From the NCBI GenBank assembly GCA_902612095.1, contig CACMBZ010000003.1:38269-102268 (forward strand): 64,000 nucleotides of DNA, in the 5' to 3' direction. The notes beneath the pieces were generated by a model. That model did no database searches, was not told the DNA's origin, and was given only the letters and a program-made list of their open reading frames with translations. The DNA is from an uncultured Pelagibacteraceae bacterium (GTDB taxonomy: Bacteria; Pseudomonadota; Alphaproteobacteria; Pelagibacterales; AG-422-B15). This document shows, piece by piece, positions 57,860 to 64,000 of this stretch. The stretch's first letter is position 1. Each line of letters begins with the position of its first letter. Position numbers and translations under genes: made by a program.

Positions 57860-58483
57860 ATGATTGATTCGCCTGATGCTCTAAAAGAGCTCTTGCCAAA
57901 TGTTTCACGTGAAACAATAGAAAAATTGGCTGAATTCAGGGAAATGATTTTAGCAGAAGACCAAAACTTAATATCAAAGAATGATAGAAATTTTATCTGG
58001 ATAAGACACTTCTATGATTCTTTAAGATTAGCTCAGTTTATAACTAGCAATGGAAATGATATCATTGATATTGGAAGCGGCGCTGGCCTTCCAGGTATAC
58101 CAGTTTCGATAATATTTGGCCCAAAAAATAAAGTTTTTTTATGCGAAAATAGATCTAAAAGAGTATCATTTCTCAACAAATGTATTGTTAACTTAGATCT
58201 TAAAAACACCGAAGTGATTCCCATTAAAGTAGAAAAAATTGAAAATAAAAAATTTGATATCATTTTAGCAAGAGCTGTTAGCCAATTAAATCATTTATTA
58301 TCAATTAGTTATAATATATGCAAAAAAAACACTACATTGCTTTTGCATAAAGGTGTACATATAGAAGAAGAGATCGTGCAAGCTACTAAATGTTGGGATT
58401 TTACTCATATATTGCATGAAAATGAAAGAGAAGAGGGTTCTTTTATTTTGGAATTAAAAAATATAATAAAATCAATAACTTAA
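57860..58483 (+). CDS. rsmG: 16S rRNA m7G527 methyltransferase
   Basis: NLIS, RHFYDS, DIGSGAGLPG and ARA motifs. Confidence 0.96.
   Translation: MIDSPDALKELLPNVSRETIEKLAEFREMILAEDQNLISKNDRNFIWIRHFYDSLRLAQFITSNGNDIIDIGSGAGLPGIPVSIIFGPKNKVFLCENRSKRVSFLNKCIVNLDLKNTEVIPIKVEKIENKKFDIILARAVSQLNHLLSISYNICKKNTTLLLHKGVHIEEEIVQATKCWDFTHILHENEREEGSFILELKNIIKSIT
57901..57916. other. parS centromere site
   Basis: Perfect consensus palindrome TGTTTCACGTGAAACA inside the 5' end of rsmG, just upstream of parAB. Confidence 0.95.
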
Positions 58484-59271
58484 TGAAAAATAAAATAATA
58501 GCTATCTCAAATCAGAAAGGTGGAGTGGGAAAAACTACAACAGCAATAAACTTATCCACAGCCTTAGCCGCTATTGGGGAAAAAGTTTTAATTATTGATC
58601 TCGACCCTCAAGGAAACGCTAGTACAGGTTTAGGTATAGATTATCAAAACAGAAATAATTCAATTTACGAAGTTCTTGCATCTCAAAGCAATTTATTTGA
58701 TGCAATTCAAAATACTGAAATAGAAAATTTAAAAATCATTCCATCCACTGTGGATCTATCAGGCATTGAACCTGAACTTGCTGAAGTAAATGATAGAGCT
58801 TTTACACTGAAAAAAATTTTAACAGACCAAAACTCATTAAACGATTTTAGTTTTGTTTTTATTGATTGCCCGCCAGCTTTAAGTCTGTTGACTGTCATGG
58901 CAATGACCGCAGCTGATTCAATAATCGTCCCACTTCAATGTGAATTTTTTGCTTTAGAAGGTCTTAGTCAATTAATAAAAACAATTGATAGGGTTAAACA
59001 AAATCTAAATCAAAATCTAACAATCGATGGAATAGTGTTAACAATGTTCGATGCAAGAAATAAACTTTCTTCACAAGTTGCTGACGATGTTAAAAAACAT
59101 TTAAGTCAACAAGTATATGAAACCATAATACCCCGTAACGTAAGAGTTTCAGAAGCTCCTTCATTTGGTATGCCTGCATTAATTTATGATCAAAAGGCTG
59201 CCGGTAGTCAGGCATATTTAAGATTAGCAGACGAGATCATAAGACAAAACAAAGAACAGGAAGCAGCTTAA
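58483..59271 (+). CDS. parA: Chromosome partitioning ATPase
   Basis: NQKGGVGKTT, DLDPQGN, DCPP and IPRNVRVSEAPS motifs. Confidence 0.98.
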   Translation: MKNKIIAISNQKGGVGKTTTAINLSTALAAIGEKVLIIDLDPQGNASTGLGIDYQNRNNSIYEVLASQSNLFDAIQNTEIENLKIIPSTVDLSGIEPELAEVNDRAFTLKKILTDQNSLNDFSFVFIDCPPALSLLTVMAMTAADSIIVPLQCEFFALEGLSQLIKTIDRVKQNLNQNLTIDGIVLTMFDARNKLSSQVADDVKKHLSQQVYETIIPRNVRVSEAPSFGMPALIYDQKAAGSQAYLRLADEIIRQNKEQEAA

Positions 59272-60131
59272 TGAGTTCATCAATTTCAAAAAAAGGTTTG
59301 GGTCGTGGACTTTCATCACTTATGGGTGATACTAAAGATGTCTCAATTCAAAATGAAACTTCAAATCAAGAAACAAAAATTTCTATTTCAAATTTAAAAC
59401 CAAGTCCGTCACAGCCTCGAAGACTATTTGATAAAAACAGTATTAATGAATTAGCTGAGTCCATAAAATCTAAAGGGCTTGTTCAACCAATATTAGTTAG
59501 ACCCTCACCAACAGAAACTGGAATATATGAAATTATTGCAGGTGAGAGAAGATGGCGAGCAGCCCAAATTGCACAACTTCACGAAATTCCTGCAGTTGTT
59601 AGAAAACTAGATGATGTGGAAGCGTTAGAAATCGCAATTATAGAAAATGTACAACGTTCTGATCTATCACCAATTGAAGAAGCTGCGGGATATAAAAGAT
59701 TAATTGAAAACCACGGCCATACTCAAGAAGCACTTGCAGATATTGTTGGTAAAAGCAGAAGTCATATTGCAAATATAATCAGACTACTTGGCTTACCTCA
59801 GTCCATTCAAGATATGATTTCTGAGGGAAAGATTTCGTCAGGGCACGCCCGCGCTATTATGAATAGTGCCTTTCCTGAACAACTAGCAGAAAAAATTGTT
59901 AGTGAAAATTTAAGTGTAAGGGCGGCAGAAGACCTTGCTAAACAAAGAAAGCCAGGAGTCAAGAAAGTTAAATTAAAAGATCCTGATACGATTGATCTAG
60001 AAAATAATTTAACAGCTAAACTTGGATTAAGTGTATCGATTGATCATAAAGGTAAAAAAGGCGGTTCAATTAAAATAGAATATAAATCTCTTGATCAATT
60101 AGAATTAGTGACTGCTAAATTAAAAAATTAA
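59271..60131 (+). CDS. parB: Chromosome partitioning CTPase
   Basis: GLGRGL, QPR, AGERRWRA, ENVQR and HTH motifs. Confidence 0.98.
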   Translation: MSSSISKKGLGRGLSSLMGDTKDVSIQNETSNQETKISISNLKPSPSQPRRLFDKNSINELAESIKSKGLVQPILVRPSPTETGIYEIIAGERRWRAAQIAQLHEIPAVVRKLDDVEALEIAIIENVQRSDLSPIEEAAGYKRLIENHGHTQEALADIVGKSRSHIANIIRLLGLPQSIQDMISEGKISSGHARAIMNSAFPEQLAEKIVSENLSVRAAEDLAKQRKPGVKKVKLKDPDTIDLENNLTAKLGLSVSIDHKGKKGGSIKIEYKSLDQLELVTAKLKN

Positions 60132-61153
60132 TTTTTAAAATATTGCCTTCCATTATTTGCAATTAATAAAATTGATTTTTCACAATTTATATTTGCTAAT
60201 TTACTATTCAATTTGCATGTAATCTCGGTTTCCAGCAGTCTGTTAAGACTTGACTCAATACTTCGCAAGGGCCATTTGAAACAATGTTTTTGAAAGTTGT
60301 CTTTGTCTTTCCAGAAAACAGGTGGTTTCAGAATTTTTATTGAACTATCAAAGTTATTACCTTTTTTCATTTCAATTTTAGTTTGTTGAACTCTTATTAA
60401 GTAGTTTATCAGACTTCTAACGAGGCTAATTGGACTTGTTCCCTCAGATAACAGTTTATTTATTACTCTGGAACTCTTAGACGTATTGCCAAACATGACA
60501 TGTTCATTCATTTTATTTAAGTTTTGAGAGCTTGAGTCATTGAGTAAAATTTTAATTTCTTCAAGCTTTATTTTTGAATTAGAGTTCTTGTAAAATATTT
60601 CAATTTTTTCAAGTTCACGCTTGCTTATCATGCGGTCATTACTTAGGGATTGTAATAGATAATTTTTTATATCGCGGTTTAATTCAAATTTATTTTTTCT
60701 AGTAAATTCCTCAATATTTTTCATTATTGAACGGCTATCATCTTCATAACATGGAAGTGATAAACAAGTGTTGTGATCTTCAAAAAATTTTCTAATTTTT
60801 GAAGATTTACTTAAACTTCCCTCTCTTATAATTAGAACTCCTTGTTCCGGTGCCTTCGAAATAATTTCTTCAATTATGCTTAAGTGTTTATCTTTTATTC
60901 CATCAGCTATAACAATTTTATTGTTGAAGAACATGGAAACCGACCGAATAATTGCCTCAAGAGAGCCTGGGTCATCATCTAAATCTTTTCCATTAAAACT
61001 AATTTCTTCATATTCATCGTGTGGTAAATAATTTTTTGTAAATTTTCCTATTTGGTCTTTTACAAGACCTTCATTCGGACCATATATTAAAATACTTAAA
61101 AACTGCGCGCTTTCTTTAATAATTTTTTCTAACTGATTTTCCTTGATGACCAT
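60128..61153 (-). CDS. holA: DNA polymerase III delta subunit
   Basis: LIYGPNEG, CY, ELEK and PPVFWK motifs; leuS-lptE-holA synteny. Confidence 0.92.
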   Translation of the reverse strand: MVIKENQLEKIIKESAQFLSILIYGPNEGLVKDQIGKFTKNYLPHDEYEEISFNGKDLDDDPGSLEAIIRSVSMFFNNKIVIADGIKDKHLSIIEEIISKAPEQGVLIIREGSLSKSSKIRKFFEDHNTCLSLPCYEDDSRSIMKNIEEFTRKNKFELNRDIKNYLLQSLSNDRMISKRELEKIEIFYKNSNSKIKLEEIKILLNDSSSQNLNKMNEHVMFGNTSKSSRVINKLLSEGTSPISLVRSLINYLIRVQQTKIEMKKGNNFDSSIKILKPPVFWKDKDNFQKHCFKWPLRSIESSLNRLLETEITCKLNSKLANINCEKSILLIANNGRQYFKN

Positions 61154-61621
61154 CTATCTTGAAATACTACTTTGGATTCTAGACGTCATTAATTGAATAG
61201 CATTTTTAGTAGCAATTTTGGTCATACTTTTTTTTGTATCTTCATTGACTATTTCTGAACCAGTAACATCATATTGAGCAAAACCGCGCGTGGTGCCCGT
61301 AGAAATGACATCATCGTTATCTATTTGTATAAGTTCATACTTTATTTCTATCTCAATTCTATATTTCGCAACCGTTCCGTTAGTGTTTACAATTAATGGA
61401 GTTAAATCCTCATATATACTCAGAAGTGCTTTATATTTTGGATTTTCACCTTGAACAACGGTGTTATTTACTTCTTCAATAATTTCTCTTGCAACTTGGT
61501 TAGTTACCACCATAGAGTAATCAGCAATGTTTGTATCATCAATTGCAATTTTATAAATTGGTTTAAAACCACAACTTAAAAATATAAAAAACAATGCTAA
61601 AGTTGCTAGGAGTTTACTCAT
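61154..61621 (-). CDS. lptE: LPS assembly lipoprotein LptE-like
   Basis: Lipobox FLSC followed by GFKPIY; lies immediately before holA. Confidence 0.8.
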   Translation of the reverse strand: MSKLLATLALFFIFLSCGFKPIYKIAIDDTNIADYSMVVTNQVAREIIEEVNNTVVQGENPKYKALLSIYEDLTPLIVNTNGTVAKYRIEIEIKYELIQIDNDDVISTGTTRGFAQYDVTGSEIVNEDTKKSMTKIATKNAIQLMTSRIQSSISR

Positions 61622-63324
61622 GAGTTTAGCTCCGATAACATTTCAGACAAATAGTCTTCATACTTTTTCCAAGCTCCAATAGATTTATTGTTAATTGGCT
61701 TTCTCACTTGTTCAATACTTGCTGTTCTAACTTGCCTTTTGTTTTTATGAAAGTCTAAACATTGTTCTTCCCATTCTAGCTCACAATGTTCAATTAATTT
61801 TTTTGACACAGTCTCTTGGTTGTTAACTAATTCTTCGTTGTCTAAAATAAAAATATCATCTGCATGCTTTTTAAACCAAAATTTCATAAGGTCTTGATGC
61901 AGTTTATAGTATTGGACTAACATTTTTTGATTGTATGAATATTGATGTGAAACTTCCACAAATTTGTGTGAGTATAATGAAAAACAGTTATCTATAGGAT
62001 CCCTTTTACAGTAGATTACTTTTGCCTCGGGCAAAATCAGTTGAATTAATCCAATAAATATAAAATTATGAGGCATTTTATCACAAATATAAATGGAATC
62101 GCCTTTATCCCTTTTGGATAATTTATCGAGATACTGTTCTCTGGCAGTTTTTAAACTGTCTTGGTTTTTAATAATAAAATCGAGATTATTTATTTGATTT
62201 TCGGTTGGTTGAATTAGACGAAAATCAAGAACCTCTGCTAGATAATCTAATTCTCCCGCACCAGTAATTTTTGAATGAGAAGATAGTATTTGTTCACATA
62301 GAGTCGTTCCCGACCTTGGCATTCCACATACAAAGATAGGTATCTGTTTATTAATTTTGTCTTCAAATTCAAAATCAATTTTTTTTGAAAAAATACTTTT
62401 TAATTTACTGAAAAATTTTTTTTCACTTTCTAGATTAAATTCTTTTAGCGCATATTGTGCGCTATTTCCTTTTGTGAGATATGATCCTGCTTTTTTATAA
62501 TCACTTTGATTTTTAAAATATTCAAAAAAAGAATGGCAAATCAGTGTTTTATCTTCAGATTTAAGTTCTTTTTTTGCCAGCAGATGATCATAATAATTAA
62601 TATGTTCTTCTTTTAGCTTGTTTTTTTTATCTTTAGTATAGCCTAATAAATAAGCGATATTTTTAAAATCATTTTTAAAACCCTCGGAAGATATTTTGTT
62701 TGCCTTTTTGAACTCTCCTATCTCTCTGTACGCTGTTGACAAGTTGTGCTTAAAATTGTCATTGTCAGGAAAATTCTTATTTAATTTTTCTAGTATATCA
62801 ATAGCTTCTTCAGGCCGATTATTAATAATTAAGGCTTTAGCGTATTGGTCCAAAGCTATCGGGTTACCTGGCTGTATCTTTATTGATAATTGCGAATAGT
62901 GAATAGCATTTTTAGGATCATTAATTTTATGATAATAACCTGCTAAATTATTAATTGTTGGTACATAATTAGAATTAATTTTAAATGACTGGCTTAAGCA
63001 TTTATGTGCTAGCTCATAATTTTTGTTTTCCATGTGTATTGTTGCTAAATTACTAAGAGCCTGAAATCCCTTTGGATTGACTTTTAATGCCTGGAGAAAG
63101 TAATTATAAGCCTTTTCGTATTGTTCTAAATCTTGATAGAGAATACCTAAGTGCCTTATAGCTTCATAATTTGCAGGCTCACTTGATAAAACTTTATTAT
63201 ATAAAGCCTCAGCTTTAATGTAATTCTTGTTTGTGTGAAGCTTTATGCCCTCAAGTAAATCTTGGTTGACTGTCTGATTGAGTTTATTATTCTTTTTCTG
63301 TCTTCTTCGTTCGTGTCTGTTCAT
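61618..63324 (-). CDS. TPR-repeat sulfotransferase-family protein
   Basis: N-terminal TPR helices; PAPS-binding motifs GMPRSGTT (5'-PSB) and KRDPIDNCFS (3'-PB); DKMP and TASIEQV motifs. Confidence 0.9.
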   Translation of the reverse strand: MNRHERRRQKKNNKLNQTVNQDLLEGIKLHTNKNYIKAEALYNKVLSSEPANYEAIRHLGILYQDLEQYEKAYNYFLQALKVNPKGFQALSNLATIHMENKNYELAHKCLSQSFKINSNYVPTINNLAGYYHKINDPKNAIHYSQLSIKIQPGNPIALDQYAKALIINNRPEEAIDILEKLNKNFPDNDNFKHNLSTAYREIGEFKKANKISSEGFKNDFKNIAYLLGYTKDKKNKLKEEHINYYDHLLAKKELKSEDKTLICHSFFEYFKNQSDYKKAGSYLTKGNSAQYALKEFNLESEKKFFSKLKSIFSKKIDFEFEDKINKQIPIFVCGMPRSGTTLCEQILSSHSKITGAGELDYLAEVLDFRLIQPTENQINNLDFIIKNQDSLKTAREQYLDKLSKRDKGDSIYICDKMPHNFIFIGLIQLILPEAKVIYCKRDPIDNCFSLYSHKFVEVSHQYSYNQKMLVQYYKLHQDLMKFWFKKHADDIFILDNEELVNNQETVSKKLIEHCELEWEEQCLDFHKNKRQVRTASIEQVRKPINNKSIGAWKKYEDYLSEMLSELNS

Positions 63325-64000
63325 TTTTTAACAACAATATTAAGAATCTTATTTGGAATATAGATTGATTTTAATATATTTTTTTCTAATAAGGCGTCTT
63401 TTATGTTTTTGATATTTTGAATTTCTTTTTCAACCTCTTTTTCTGATGCATCTTTTGCAACAACAACTTCCCCTCGCCGTTTACCATTAATCTGAATGAC
63501 AACTGTAACCTCTTTATTTTCTAAATACTTTGTATTTGTTGTTGGCCAAGGCTCGTCCATAATCGATCCACTTTTTCCAACTAATGACCAACATTCTTCA
63601 GCCAGGTGAGGAACCATCGGCTCGATTACTCTAATAAGGATGTGTAATGCCTCATTGATTGCTTCTTTGCTTTCCTCATCTTCTATTTGAAATTTAGAAA
63701 TTGCGTTAACTATCTCAAAAACTTTTGCAATTGAGACATTCATTTGAAATTTCTCAATGCTTTGAGTTATGGCATGAAGGTTTTGATGAATAATTCTAAT
63801 AAAATCAAGGGATCTCCCCTCATATGCTGTGTTATTGTTATTTATAGTTTGTTTGAGGTTTTCCTTGTTATTTTGAACAATCATCCAAATTTTCTGACAT
63901 ATTTTCCACGCCCCATTAATACCCGAGTCTGTCCAATTGATGTCTTTTTCAGGTGGACTGTCAGATAACATAAACCACCTTGCCGAGTCGGCTCCGTATG
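63321..64000 (-). CDS. leuS: Leucyl-tRNA synthetase (3' part only; begins outside the window)
   Basis: Frame is open to the window edge: YGADSARWFMLSDSPP, PMVPHLAEECW and VIQINGKRRG motifs. Confidence 0.96.
   Translation of the reverse strand, partial: YGADSARWFMLSDSPPEKDINWTDSGINGAWKICQKIWMIVQNNKENLKQTINNNNTAYEGRSLDFIRIIHQNLHAITQSIEKFQMNVSIAKVFEIVNAISKFQIEDEESKEAINEALHILIRVIEPMVPHLAEECWSLVGKSGSIMDEPWPTTNTKYLENKEVTVVIQINGKRRGEVVVAKDASEKEVEKEIQNIKNIKDALLEKNILKSIYIPNKILNIVVKK

Noticed and set aside
58741-58757. Head-to-head DnaA-like boxes ATCCAC-T-GTGGAT in parA
   Set aside because: Explained by the conserved PSTVD codons.
63292-63324. RR in MNRHERRRQKK as a Tat signal
   Set aside because: No hydrophobic h-region follows; the protein looks cytoplasmic.
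1-64000. CRISPR array, IS/integrase, prophage, rRNA/tRNA, defence or toxin-antitoxin island
   Set aside because: No spaced direct repeats, recombinase genes or unexplained long ORFs. Every gap except oriC is under about 125 bp and none looks like a tRNA.

Overview
Very AT-rich, extremely gene-dense core-chromosome window from a streamlined Alphaproteobacterium. SAR11/HIMB59-like marine lineage is an inference from gene order and composition. It spans the replication-origin region. In order: rbfA(partial)-infB-nusA-trmB-metK-lnt-corC-ybeY-phoH-miaB-fur-tsaB, trpS-murJ, maeB, gshB-rsmI, rph-grpE-dnaK-dnaJ-dapB-nth, a partial his operon, hslVU, secB, dnaQ-coaE-aroE-maf, a probable oriC in front of hemE, hemEHJ-rho, mnmEG-rsmG (with a perfect parS)-parAB and holA-lptE-leuS(partial). 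I saw no rRNA, tRNA, CRISPR array, IS, integrase, prophage or recognisable defence island, and I cannot support a clearly new multi-gene system. The best non-coding leads are an oriC with a Bacillus-like unwinding module, a rimP-type attenuator left in front of nusA although rimP is missing, an exactly symmetric bidirectional promoter, back-to-back start codons, and no terminator space at any convergent junction. Several single genes are also inserted into conserved operons: a TPR-sulfotransferase in leuS-lptE-holA, a [2Fe-2S] ferredoxin coupled to mnmE, and a deacetylase/glucosaminidase pair. All calls come from motif recognition and synteny knowledge; no database search was run.
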